The notes under the pieces are model-generated. The model did no database searches and was not told the DNA's origin. It was given only the letters and a program-made list of their open reading frames with translations. A DNA stretch of 64,000 nt. It comes from Nitrospirota bacterium (GTDB taxonomy: Bacteria; Nitrospirota; Nitrospiria; JACQBW01). Each line of letters starts with the position of its first letter. The first letter of the stretch is position 1. The position numbers and the translations under genes are program-made. The stretch covers positions 85,684 to 149,683 of the forward strand of contig JACQBW010000008.1 of assembly GCA_016194305.1 (NCBI GenBank), read 5' to 3'. This document shows, in pieces, positions 36,230-45,642 of the stretch.

Positions 36230-37216
36230 ATGTCCATAATAGAAGTAAAGAATCTCACCAAGAGTTTTGACTATTTTAATAAAGAGCCCGGTCTTATCGG
36301 CTCGATCAAATCCCTTTTTTGGCGAGAGACCCTTTACAAGTACGCCGTCAAGGATGTCTCCTTTCAGATTGAAGAGGGAGAACTCGTCGGATTTCTCGGT
36401 CCGAACGGGGCGGGCAAAACCACGACGCTCAAAATCCTTGCCGGAATTCTGCTTCCGACCGGAGGGAGCGCCAAGGTGTTGGGTTTCGACCCCTGGAAAA
36501 GAGATAAAAAATACCAGCGGCAATTTTCCATCGTGATGGGACAAAAACATCAGCTCTGGTGGGATCTTCCGGCAATGGAATCCTTTGCCTTGAATCGCGA
36601 TATTTATGAATTGGATGCGACGGAATATAAAAAGAACCTGAACTTGTTGGTGGAACTCATGGGATTGGAAGAACTCCTCAATGTCCAGGTCCGAAAACTT
36701 TCGCTAGGCGAGCGGATGAAATGCGAGCTGGTGGCCGCGCTATTGCATCAGCCCAAAGTCCTCTTTCTCGACGAACCGACAATTGGTCTCGATGTCGTCT
36801 CCCAGGAAAAGATCCGCCAATTTGTCGAAGAGTTCAATCAGAAGAATAAGACGACGATTATCCTGACCAGCCATTACATGCGGGATGTCGAGCGATTGTG
36901 TAAAAGAGTCCTGGTGATCAATAGCGGCGGGATTATCTACGACGGGTCGCTCGAAGAGCTGATGAACAAATATATCGACCATAAAATCATCACCGTACAG
37001 TTTCTCAAGGCGGTTCCCGAACGTGATCTGAATCGGTTCGGACAGGTCGTTGAAAAAGAAGGACTCCGTGTGGTATTAAAAACCGGAAAGAAAGAGGTCC
37101 CTCATGCAGTACAGCAGATGTTGACGGAGTTTCCGGTTGAAGATCTGACGATTGAAGAGGTGAAAGTCGAAGAGGTCATTCGGACCATTTTTGAAAAGAC
37201 TAATGAAGCCCCTTAG
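36230..37216 (+). CDS. ABC transporter ATP-binding protein
   Basis: GPNGAGKTT, LSLGERM, LFLDEPTIGLD, H-loop. Confidence 0.93.
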   Translation: MSIIEVKNLTKSFDYFNKEPGLIGSIKSLFWRETLYKYAVKDVSFQIEEGELVGFLGPNGAGKTTTLKILAGILLPTGGSAKVLGFDPWKRDKKYQRQFSIVMGQKHQLWWDLPAMESFALNRDIYELDATEYKKNLNLLVELMGLEELLNVQVRKLSLGERMKCELVAALLHQPKVLFLDEPTIGLDVVSQEKIRQFVEEFNQKNKTTIILTSHYMRDVERLCKRVLVINSGGIIYDGSLEELMNKYIDHKIITVQFLKAVPERDLNRFGQVVEKEGLRVVLKTGKKEVPHAVQQMLTEFPVEDLTIEEVKVEEVIRTIFEKTNEAP

Positions 37217-38744
37217 GTTTTTTCATCATCAGCAAAACAGGTAGAATCAAAAGACAAATCCACCCCACCGTCCAGAACGTATCGACAAACGCCTTCATAT
37301 TCGCCTGCTTGAGGAGTTGACCGTAAAGCGAAGCGGTCGCCATCCCCTTAGCGGTAATCCGGTCGATCCCTTGCGCAATCAGATTTTCAAAAATCGACTG
37401 GGTTCTCTCCCGCGTGACGGGATCATAAACGTCAATATGGGATCCCAGCGTCATTTGATGAAATTGTGCGCGCCGGGCCAAAATCGTCGTCACGAGTGCA
37501 ATGCCCAAACTCCCCCCTAGATTTCGGGCTAAATTCATAATCCCGGTCCCGTTTCCGATCTGATCTTTAGGAAGATAGGAGAGCGAAACCACATTGATCG
37601 GGATAAAAAGAAAAGCGAGGCCAAATCCCTGGATAATCCTCGGCCAGGTAATCGACCAGAACCCAAGGTCGAGATTGAAATGGGACATCTGAAAGAGCGA
37701 AATCGCAGAGATGATCAGACCGGTCCCGACCATCAGTCTGGCATCGACGACTCCGACAAATCTTCCCACAAAAGGCATCATAATCAGAACGGAGATCCCG
37801 CCCGGTGTCAGGACCAACCCGCTTTCCATCGCCGTGTAGCCCATCAAAGTCTGAACATATATCGGTAGAAGGGCCAGCGAACTGTAAAGCACAAATCCGA
37901 GTGAAAACATAAGCAGGACTCCGGCGGTGAGGTTCAGGTCTTTAAAAAGCCTCAACTGCAATACCGGATTCTTGTTTTTGAGTTCCCAGACCAAAAAGAC
38001 AATCAGTGCAATCATCATTAAAATAAAGAGATTGACGATAAAAGCGGATTCAAACCAATCCTCCCGCTGTCCTTTATCGAGAACAATCTGCAGGGAACCC
38101 AGACCCACGACGAGGAGCCCAAGTCCGATATAGTCGATATTCTTAAAACTACTTTTTTCAAAATCGGGGGGATCTTTGACAAAAGTCTGAACGAGGAAAA
38201 ATGAGAGCAGACCGATTGGAATATTGATAAAAAAGATCCATCGCCAGGTAAAATTGTCGGTAATCCATCCTCCAAGAGTCGGACCGATAATCGGGGCAAA
38301 GACCACCCCCATACCGTATATCGCCATTCCGATTCCCTGTTTCTCCCTGGGGAAGGCGTCAAACAAAATGGCCTGAGAGACCGGCTGTAAAGCACCGCCC
38401 CCTAATCCCTGAAGAATTCTGAAAAACACCAAGAACGTCAGGCTCGGCGCTAGGCCGCAGAGTGCCGAACTGAACGCAAAGAGAAAAATGCAGATCAGAA
38501 AGAATTTTTTCCTCCCGATCAGCCTCGAAAGCCACCCGGAGACGGGTAAGATGATGGCATTCGAGACCAGATACGAGGTCAAAATCCAGGTGCTTTCGTC
38601 GATACCGGCCGATAAATTCCCCGCGATATGGGGGAGAGAGACGTTCGCCACTGTCGTGTCGAGAACTTCCATGAAGGTTCCCAGCATGACGGAGAGGGCA
38701 ATGATAAAAGGATTGGTCTTATTCTGCTCCAGAGCCGGATTCAT
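37200..38744 (-). CDS. emrB: DHA2 family MFS efflux permease (EmrB-like)
   Basis: FMEVLDTTVANVSLP, FRILQG.GGG, GPTLGGWIT, WRWIFFINIP. Confidence 0.9.
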   Translation of the reverse strand: MNPALEQNKTNPFIIALSVMLGTFMEVLDTTVANVSLPHIAGNLSAGIDESTWILTSYLVSNAIILPVSGWLSRLIGRKKFFLICIFLFAFSSALCGLAPSLTFLVFFRILQGLGGGALQPVSQAILFDAFPREKQGIGMAIYGMGVVFAPIIGPTLGGWITDNFTWRWIFFINIPIGLLSFFLVQTFVKDPPDFEKSSFKNIDYIGLGLLVVGLGSLQIVLDKGQREDWFESAFIVNLFILMMIALIVFLVWELKNKNPVLQLRLFKDLNLTAGVLLMFSLGFVLYSSLALLPIYVQTLMGYTAMESGLVLTPGGISVLIMMPFVGRFVGVVDARLMVGTGLIISAISLFQMSHFNLDLGFWSITWPRIIQGFGLAFLFIPINVVSLSYLPKDQIGNGTGIMNLARNLGGSLGIALVTTILARRAQFHQMTLGSHIDVYDPVTRERTQSIFENLIAQGIDRITAKGMATASLYGQLLKQANMKAFVDTFWTVGWICLLILPVLLMMKKPKGLH

Positions 38745-38749
38745 GGTGA

Positions 38750-39742
38750 TCAGGAACCGCTGAGGGCAACTGTTGCGACGACATTCAAACCGGATCGGAG
38801 AATGACCTCCGGATGCGATTTGAGTTCGGATTCATCCAAGACGATTTTGACCGGAACCCGTTGGACGACTTTGACATAATTTCCGGTGGCGTTTTCCGGA
38901 GGGAGAAGAGAGAAGCGTGCACCTGTCCCTGCGGCAATGCTATCGATTCGTCCATGAAATAGAAGACCAGGGTAAGAATCGACCCGAACCTCCGCTTTCT
39001 GGCCCGGCCTCATGCGGCCGGTCTGCGTCTCCTTGAAATTGGCGACGACCCAGAGGTCTGTGAGTGGGACAATTGCCATCAAAGACTGACCCATTTGAAC
39101 CCATTGGCCAGGCTGAACCGATTTCTTGGAGACCTTCCCGGATGCAGGGGAGGTGATATGGGTGTAAGATAATTCCAGTTCGGCGTTATTTAGAGCCGCT
39201 TCGGCTTCGACCACTTTGGCTTCACCCAGTTTAACCTGCGCCCGGGTGACGGCGATCTGCTGTTCCAGCGCCCGGAACTTTGACGCATTGGAAGAGGCCG
39301 CCCGTTCGGCCTCTTCCAGCTGTTGGTGCGATATTTCATCGTTTGCCGCCAGAAGTTTATATCGCCTGAGATCACTCAGCGATTTCTGATAATCGGCATT
39401 GGCGGCTTCACTCTGCGAAATAATCTGGCCGACCTGTGCCTGGGTCGAAAGGAGCGTTTCCCGAGCCGCCTGCCGCAAAGCAACCGCCTGTTCAACATGG
39501 ATTTGGTAATCCTTGCTCTCGATATTCATCAGCGGATCGCCTTTACGTACTTCCTGATTATCCCGGACGAACACTTCGGACACATATCCCGAGACCTTGG
39601 GAATAATCGGGAAGAGATCTCCCTCAATCTGGGCATCGTCGGTCGAAATAAAATTCTGGGATCGCTGGTAGTAATAGAGCCCCCAAAAGAGGCCTCCGAG
39701 AAGCAATAGAACAATAAGAGTCAGTTTGATTTTTTTATTCAA
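38750..39742 (-). CDS. emrA: HlyD/EmrA efflux adaptor
   Basis: STDDA, ANFKETQ, GTGARFSLLPPENATGNYVKVVQRVPV. Confidence 0.92.
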   Translation of the reverse strand: MNKKIKLTLIVLLLLGGLFWGLYYYQRSQNFISTDDAQIEGDLFPIIPKVSGYVSEVFVRDNQEVRKGDPLMNIESKDYQIHVEQAVALRQAARETLLSTQAQVGQIISQSEAANADYQKSLSDLRRYKLLAANDEISHQQLEEAERAASSNASKFRALEQQIAVTRAQVKLGEAKVVEAEAALNNAELELSYTHITSPASGKVSKKSVQPGQWVQMGQSLMAIVPLTDLWVVANFKETQTGRMRPGQKAEVRVDSYPGLLFHGRIDSIAAGTGARFSLLPPENATGNYVKVVQRVPVKIVLDESELKSHPEVILRSGLNVVATVALSGS

Positions 39743-39758
39743 GAGGATTCCTTCCTGT

Positions 39759-41075
39759 TTAAGGTAAACGAGAAAAAAACTCGTCCATCTGGCCTGTCAC
39801 ATAAAAATATCTTAAAATTCCGGCTTGGAGCTCAAATTGCGCCTCCACCAGCGCTTCTCGCGCTTCAGTCAAGGTCGTCTGCGATTTAATTAATTCGATA
39901 TGGGTCCCCACGCCGCTCTTGAACCGGTGTTCTGAAAGACTCAGCTCTTTTTCGGCGAGGGCAAGTCTTTCATTAGCCAGATCGAGCTCTTTCTTGACGG
40001 CGTTAAAATCATTGTAAATCTGCCTGACCTCCAGTTCAACTTGCAGGGCGGCATCGGTGCTCCGCACTTTTTCCTGCTGGAGCTGGCTCATGAGGCTCTG
40101 TTCATGGGAATGTCGGACCTCTCCGTCATAAAGCGGCCAGTTGAGCATGATGCCGACAGTTTGAGTGGGGAAACTGTCAGAAATGCCATTCCCGGTTTCC
40201 CCATAATCTGCAAAAAGATTGATGGAAGGATATTTCTCTTTGGATGCCGCCTTCAGCTGAATCTCTTTGACCTTTTCCTTTTGGGATTGAAAGGCCAGCT
40301 CCTTCCGCCGGCTTAATGCGATCTGAAGACTCTCCTGGATATTTGGAAAAGAGGTCTCCGGTAGAGGCCGGTTGTCGAGCGTCAACATTTCACCCAGCGG
40401 AATACCCAACTGATTCTGCAGGGTCAGAAAAGCGTCCTCTTTCTGAGTGACCGCTGAGACCAGTTTTTGACGGTCTTCCGACAGTTTCACCATGGCCCGG
40501 GTGACGTCCAGAATGGTACTGACGCCGCTCTCTTTTTCATGTTCGGCGAACTTAAGGAGCTCCTCCGAGAGCTGGACATTGGCCTGATCCGCACTGAGGG
40601 AGGACTCGGCTTTTTTGGAATTCAGATAAAGAATGGCGGTTTGATAAAGAAGTTCTGACTCGGTCTGACTCAGTTCTATTTCAGATGCACGGCTCTCTTC
40701 GTCCGCGGCATAAAGCTGATTGAGAGAATTCAGATTCAGCAACGTTTCGTTAAAAGACAATCGTGCGTCAAACGTGCTGAATGGCCCGATCTTGTCGGGC
40801 GCCCCCGGAAAAGTGATCCCCTGTGCCTTGAGATTGGTCTCGCCCCGACGTTCCAAAAGATTGAAAGAGAGTTTCGGGAGAAAGGCAGATCGCTTTTCCA
40901 GACGAAGAGCCTGTTTTTCGATAATCTTCTGCTTTCCGATCGCCCTTTTGGAGCTGTTTTTCAAATTAAGCTCCAGAGCGGCTCTGAGCGTGAGCGTATC
41001 GCTGGCAAAAAGAATCTCGGTTTGAAACAAAGAGACCCAGACTAAAAGAGATATGAAAAATAAACGGAGACTCAT
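39759..41075 (-). CDS. TolC family outer-membrane efflux protein
   Basis: Signal peptide; duplicated OEP pattern (LP.LS, G....LDV; YP.I.L, G.....EL). Confidence 0.88.
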   Translation of the reverse strand: MSLRLFFISLLVWVSLFQTEILFASDTLTLRAALELNLKNSSKRAIGKQKIIEKQALRLEKRSAFLPKLSFNLLERRGETNLKAQGITFPGAPDKIGPFSTFDARLSFNETLLNLNSLNQLYAADEESRASEIELSQTESELLYQTAILYLNSKKAESSLSADQANVQLSEELLKFAEHEKESGVSTILDVTRAMVKLSEDRQKLVSAVTQKEDAFLTLQNQLGIPLGEMLTLDNRPLPETSFPNIQESLQIALSRRKELAFQSQKEKVKEIQLKAASKEKYPSINLFADYGETGNGISDSFPTQTVGIMLNWPLYDGEVRHSHEQSLMSQLQQEKVRSTDAALQVELEVRQIYNDFNAVKKELDLANERLALAEKELSLSEHRFKSGVGTHIELIKSQTTLTEAREALVEAQFELQAGILRYFYVTGQMDEFFSRLP

Positions 41076-41602
41076 CTTTTAGGGCGATCTCCTTGAACAA
41101 GGTGTTCCCACTCAGCGCTTTCAAATAGGAGTCTGACCTTTCGAAGCATAGAAGCGCTCAGGTTCAGCTCTTTTGCCGGAAGAGAAATCTTGAGACGGGA
41201 AAGAAGTTCATCTTCCTGACGACTCATTGCTTTAAGCAGATCCTGTCCTTTCTGGTTCAATTTGACAAGAGGAGAGCGTTTGTGGGCCGGATTGTCAATA
41301 TAGGTGACATAACCCCCTTCATGGAGCTGACTGACGATCGTCTGAATGTATTGCCGGGAAACCGGCCGGATTCGGGCCATTTGCGGGACGGTCTGCGGTC
41401 CTAACCGTTCCAGATTTTTTAAAAGGCCCCGTTTGGGTCCGGAAGTTTCGCCCTGCTGATGAATCTGTTCGGCAACCACCCTCAATCGGTAAAATAGGGC
41501 TACCGTTTCATTGATTAACGATTCCAGAGGAGACTCCTTTGGAGGAGCTACTGGACCGGGACTTTTTCTTATGGGCGTTCTTACCATACGAGAAGTTTCC
41601 AA
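41072..41602 (-). CDS. MarR family regulator
   Basis: GPQTVPQMAR..VSRQ.IQ, NPAHKRSPL..L..KG; start may be ATG 41587. Confidence 0.85.
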   Translation of the reverse strand: METSRMVRTPIRKSPGPVAPPKESPLESLINETVALFYRLRVVAEQIHQQGETSGPKRGLLKNLERLGPQTVPQMARIRPVSRQYIQTIVSQLHEGGYVTYIDNPAHKRSPLVKLNQKGQDLLKAMSRQEDELLSRLKISLPAKELNLSASMLRKVRLLFESAEWEHLVQGDRPKR

Positions 41603-41628
41603 CAGGAAACATCATCATGTCAAGAAAA

Positions 41629-41643
41629 TTGTCATTATGACAA
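41629..41643. promoter_or_regulatory. Palindromic operator upstream of marR-tolC-emrAB
   Basis: TTGTCA-TTA-TGACAA. Confidence 0.55.
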
Positions 41644-41748
41644 CTTTATTGCCTTACAGGCACTTTTAAAGGAAACTGTTTCAATCTGTCGGCATTTATA
41701 TTAAAATACTTTTCTTTTTCTGGAGCTTCGTGCCCAGCTATTTTTATT

Positions 41749-41781
41749 TGTCATTCCCGAATGATTTAATCTGGGATCTAG
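41749..41781. repeat. Degenerate REP-like GTCATTCC... palindrome
   Basis: TGTCATTCCCGAATGATTTAATCTGGGATCTAG; single copy in this window. Confidence 0.35.
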
Positions 41782-41894
41782 TAAGAACGAACGCCGCCGA
41801 GACGGAGAGGCGGCAGGGAGAACAGCACTTTTTTTTAAATTATCTCGGTTTAGGTTCGAGCAGTTTATATTTCTTCTTGCGAAGTGTTTTTGAA

Positions 41895-41981
41895 GCCGAA
41901 GTGGTGGAATTGGTAGACACGCTAGGTTCAGGGTCTAGTGGGGGTGACCCCGTGGGGGTTCGAGTCCCCCCTTCGGCACCA
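41895..41981 (+). tRNA. tRNA-Leu(CAG)
   Basis: GCCGAAG/CTTCGGC acceptor stem, GG D-loop, CTAGG-TTCAGGG-TCTAG anticodon arm, long variable arm, GTTCGAG T-loop, encoded CCA. Confidence 0.96.
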
Positions 41982-42087
41982 TCTTCTTTTCAATAAAATC
42001 AATAAGTTATTCTAAATCTGGTTTCCTATAAATAATTCTTCTCTTTAATTTTTCCAAAACTTGAACACTAGCACAGGAGACGATTTA

Positions 42088-42129
42088 ATTCGCAATCAGA
42101 AGGTCAGGGGTTTGTTCCCGCTCATTTCC
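42088..42129 (+). pseudogene. Decayed 3' half of a tRNA (Ala-CGC-like), possible att remnant
   Basis: TTCGCAATCAGAAGGTCAGGGGTTTGTTCCCGCTCATTTCC resembles anticodon loop, AGGTC, T-arm and acceptor of tRNA-Ala; no 5' half. Confidence 0.5.
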
Positions 42130-42366
42130 TTTAATAATTTGAAATCCAGAAATCCAAAACCCATGGATATCATACTTATTTAGTTAGTTTTGTTTTGAAC
42201 TTGGCCAGTATTTCTGGTGACAAAATCCGGGGAGAGGAAAAATTGAAGAACGTAAATTAAGTATGGTTTGGACGACATACCAATAATAGCAGCACTTCAT
42301 GTTTTTATAATTCTTTTGATTTATTAATTGAGTTTAGATGTCCCCCGTAGCTACTGCTATCCGGTT

Positions 42367-42813
42367 CTAGTTCCAGTCGTCGATCTTGATGTCGTGAGGT
42401 TCGGGGGAGCCTTTCCCGGTTTCGAGAAGTGATTTCAGGCTCAACATAAAAACTCCCCACTTGGTACTGCAGTGGTACATCATTTCGCTCTGCTCCTTCC
42501 AGCCTTGGTGTTTGAAGAAGACGATAGTGTAGTCGCCCTCCTGTCTAAGTTGAAAGCTTATTTTCGTATCGATCCATTCTTTGGGTCCGTCGACTACTTG
42601 CCACACCACGCTCTTGGCGGGATGAAGCTCAATAACCTTCATGTCAAAACCGCCGACCTCAAAACGGAATTGGAGGACTCCACCGACTTTGCCACTTTCC
42701 CCCTTGGTGTTTTTCGTCCACCACGCTGCAAGACCTTCGTGCGTGGTCAACGCTTTATAAACGGCGTCCAGAGACGACGACTTGATTCCTACTTTATGTA
42801 AGATATCTCCCAT
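42367..42813 (-). CDS. SRPBCC/AHSA1 domain protein
   Basis: VY.ALTT.EGL..WW, EW.DT.I.F.L, F.H.GW, W..F..SLK..LETGKG.P. Confidence 0.88.
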   Translation of the reverse strand: MGDILHKVGIKSSSLDAVYKALTTHEGLAAWWTKNTKGESGKVGGVLQFRFEVGGFDMKVIELHPAKSVVWQVVDGPKEWIDTKISFQLRQEGDYTIVFFKHQGWKEQSEMMYHCSTKWGVFMLSLKSLLETGKGSPEPHDIKIDDWN

Positions 42814-42877
42814 AGGTAATGTCTCCTCTTAGTTGTTGACTCTTGTACATGTTTCTAATTCGACCAACTTTTTCTCG

Positions 42878-43321
42878 TTATTTCGTTTTGGCCCATTTTT
42901 CTAACATACTCATACAACCCTCCCAACCCTCTGTATGGCCCTTTTTGTCCTCTTCGTTTCGTAACCCCTCATGAGTGAGTGTTAAGTCGGTCACATTTTC
43001 TGAAACTTTTTTGAAAATCAAGGTCACGGTTGTTTCGTAATCGGCCTCCTGTTTAGGATGCCAGGTAAATACCAGCTTATTCGGACGATCGATGACTTTA
43101 TATTGACCGTTAGTAGGACAGGATATCTCTGTACCCATCTTCATTTCCACCCGCCAGGCACCACCCACCCGCAAATCCGCCTCAGCGGCCGAGGTCGTCA
43201 TTTTCTCACTGGCTCGAAACCACTGTTTCATCAGTTCCGGCTTGGTCCAGGCGTCAAAAAGCCGCTCTGCCGAAGCGTTGATTGTTCGTCGAACCATTAA
43301 CACCATATTGTCTTGCTTCAT
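42878..43321 (-). CDS. SRPBCC/AHSA1 domain protein
   Basis: R.FDAWT.PE.M.QW, DLRVGG.W, P.KLVFTW, H..GW. Confidence 0.88.
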   Translation of the reverse strand: MKQDNMVLMVRRTINASAERLFDAWTKPELMKQWFRASEKMTTSAAEADLRVGGAWRVEMKMGTEISCPTNGQYKVIDRPNKLVFTWHPKQEADYETTVTLIFKKVSENVTDLTLTHEGLRNEEDKKGHTEGWEGCMSMLEKWAKTK

Positions 43322-43683
43322 TTTTTCTCCTCCTGTTTTTGATCTCTATTTGAAGCCATAAATTGCTCCAACTCATCCAATTGGTTGTTCCAGAACTGCC
43401 GGTATTTTTCCAACCAATCCACCGCCTTTCCCATCGTCTTCGGCCTCAAGGTTAGACGAAAAACTCGTCCATCCGCTTCATCTGTTTTACGTTCAATTAA
43501 ATGACCCTTTTCCAACACTTTCAGGTGTTTGGAGATGGCCGGAAGCGTCAATTGGGATTTGCCCGCCAAGTCACCTACCTTGGCTTCCCCTTTGGAAAGG
43601 GTCATCAAAATCTCCCGCCGGGTTGGGTCCGAAAGGGCGTAAAAGACGTGGTCCAAAAGGGCTGTTGCGTTTTTTGATCTCAT
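43318..43683 (-). CDS. ArsR/SmtB family regulator
   Basis: F.ALSDPTRR.IL, PAISKHLKVLE, W...Y..FW...LD.L. Confidence 0.9.
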   Translation of the reverse strand: MRSKNATALLDHVFYALSDPTRREILMTLSKGEAKVGDLAGKSQLTLPAISKHLKVLEKGHLIERKTDEADGRVFRLTLRPKTMGKAVDWLEKYRQFWNNQLDELEQFMASNRDQKQEEKK

Positions 43684-43693
43684 GTATCCTCCA

Positions 43694-43709
43694 ATATAGT
43701 TAACTATAT
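43694..43709. promoter_or_regulatory. Perfect 16-bp palindrome, probable ArsR operator
   Basis: ATATAGTTAACTATAT just upstream of the ArsR RBS. Confidence 0.55.
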
Positions 43710-43844
43710 AGCAAACTAAATTGCCAATTGCAAGTTAATTTTTAAGATATAGAAAACTGAACTACTTTTGGTGGCATAAGCTTTTAAAGGCCTTTTTAAA
43801 GAATAAAATAATGATCCAAGAGTAAAAGAGGTTCGGATTGGGAA

Positions 43845-43870
43845 TTACAACTTGTTACAACTTTGTACAT
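43845..43870. promoter_or_regulatory. 10-bp-period direct repeats, probable OmpR/CpxR-type binding site
   Basis: TTACAA-cttg-TTACAA-cttt-GTACAT upstream of TATAAC at 43901. Confidence 0.5.
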
Positions 43871-43943
43871 AGACGAAAAGACTTTGAAAACAACTCCAGC
43901 TATAACTGAACTCGTAAGATTATAAATGGATAGGGAGGAGATC

Positions 43944-44129
43944 ATGAGCTGTATGAAATGTGGGGGATTGATGGTTCATGAACATTTCCGGGACTACCTC
44001 GGAACTCAAACTCACTGCGAAGTGATCGGATGGCGCTGTGTGATCTGTGGGTTAAGGCATGATCGTCTCATTCAGATCCGGCAGACGGAAAGAAAGGAGG
44101 CCTTCGAGATTAAAAACCAAAGTATCTGA
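43944..44129 (+). CDS. Small zinc-ribbon-like protein
   Basis: CMKCGGLM ... GWRCVICG; GGAGGAG RBS before ATG 43944. Confidence 0.7.
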   Translation: MSCMKCGGLMVHEHFRDYLGTQTHCEVIGWRCVICGLRHDRLIQIRQTERKEAFEIKNQSI

Positions 44130-44205
44130 TCGGGGTAACCGACCCATACTGTAAAAGCCTTTTAAGAAAACTTATCAATTATTACTTTATTAAGGAGAGT
44201 ATTCA

Positions 44206-44742
44206 ATGAAAATCATTTTCAAGAGTCTATTGTTTATGTTCACTACAATATTGTCCGCATCCCCTCTAGCCATGGCTGAACCGATGGATTATGCCGGAAC
44301 GCATGAAGAGATGGGAAGCCATTCGATGATGCACCACGGGATGGAACATCATTCGATACACGGTGAAGATTGCAAAATAAATGGTCACTGGATGAAGCCT
44401 CATAATGCCGCGAACCATTTTCTGGCGATGAAAGAGGCTTTAAAATTAAACGAGAAGCAGGTCAGCGAATTGAAGGTTTTGAGAGATAATTATCGAGCTG
44501 AAAATACCGTCAATGAAGCGAAGCTGAAAGTTGCTGAAGAAGAACTTAAAGATCTTCTCGTCGAAGATTCGGTCAACGTTGAAAAAACGGAGGCCAAAGT
44601 TAAGGAGATCGAGGCCTTAAAGGGAGGCCTTTGGAACAGCTATATTAGACAAATTGCCAAAATCAAGACCCTTATTCCAAAGGAGCAGATGAAATCCCTG
44701 CATGAATCAGGTCCCAAGCATCACGGGATGGAAAGGGACTGA
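44206..44742 (+). CDS. Periplasmic Spy/CpxP/ZraP-like protein with a His/Met-rich N-terminus
   Basis: Signal peptide; L.L.EKQ and IPKEQ LTxxQ-like motifs; HEEMGSHSMMHHGMEHH. Confidence 0.75.
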   Translation: MKIIFKSLLFMFTTILSASPLAMAEPMDYAGTHEEMGSHSMMHHGMEHHSIHGEDCKINGHWMKPHNAANHFLAMKEALKLNEKQVSELKVLRDNYRAENTVNEAKLKVAEEELKDLLVEDSVNVEKTEAKVKEIEALKGGLWNSYIRQIAKIKTLIPKEQMKSLHESGPKHHGMERD

Positions 44743-44940
44743 CGCTGAACGTCGGAGGGATGATCGAATCCTGCCGAATTGGCAGGATTCACTCCGAACT
44801 TTGATGGAAGATCTCTTTGAAGTAGAGAAGTCAGAACGATCAGTTTATGGTAACATATCTGAAAATGTGGTTAAATTGGGCGTTTTTTGTTTGAATGCGA
44901 TCCACGAATGGCGTAGAACCCGGGTATATAACAGGACGGA

Positions 44941-45642
44941 ATGATGAAAACTTCTATTCTTATTATAGACGATGACCAGAAATTAAATAAACTGGTGGTC
45001 GAATTGCTTCATGATTTTGGATTCGAAACTGAAACGGCCATTCATCCCGAAGATGGGTTAAAAAAGCTGAGGGAAAAATCACCGGATTTGATTATTCTCG
45101 ATGTGATGCTTCCGGGGATGAACGGATTTGAGGTCTGCAAGAAGATTCGGCAGACCAGCCCGGTCCCGATTATCATGTTGACCGCCCGGGGGGAGGTCAC
45201 GGATAAAATCGTAGGCCTGGAGCTTGGTGCGGATGATTACTTGCCCAAACCGTTTGAGCCGAGGGAACTCATTGCCCGCATTCACACGATTCTCCGCAGA
45301 ACCAACGGGAACGTTCAAACGAAGATCCGGCAGTTCGGCCGGTTGAAGGTTGATTTTGCCAAACGGGAGGCGAAGCTGGAAGATGAAGTTTTGGAATTAA
45401 CCACCGTCGAATTTGCGACGCTGGTCTTTCTCATTAAAAATAAGGGGAAAGTGCTGAATCGCGATGAGATCCTGGAAGAGTTGAGAGGGATCGAATGTGA
45501 AGCGTTCAACCGATCCGTAGACATTACCATCAGCCGTCTTCGTCATAAACTTCGCGATGATCCGAAAAAACCTACTTTTATTAAAACAGTCTTTGGCACC
45601 GGATATCTGTTCATCGGGGGCGAGAACGAAATTGAAAAATAG
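44941..45642 (+). CDS. OmpR-family response regulator
   Basis: IIDDD, LDVMLP, GADDYLPKPF, RSVD..ISRLR.KL, IKTV.G.GY. Confidence 0.93.
   Translation: MMKTSILIIDDDQKLNKLVVELLHDFGFETETAIHPEDGLKKLREKSPDLIILDVMLPGMNGFEVCKKIRQTSPVPIIMLTARGEVTDKIVGLELGADDYLPKPFEPRELIARIHTILRRTNGNVQTKIRQFGRLKVDFAKREAKLEDEVLELTTVEFATLVFLIKNKGKVLNRDEILEELRGIECEAFNRSVDITISRLRHKLRDDPKKPTFIKTVFGTGYLFIGGENEIEK

Noticed and set aside
41730..41996. 88-aa ORF on the + strand
   Set aside because: Its 3' part is a translation of the tRNA-Leu gene; spurious.
44702..44944. 80-aa ORF between the Spy-like gene and the regulator
   Set aside because: No motif or clear RBS; cannot be supported, though not excluded.
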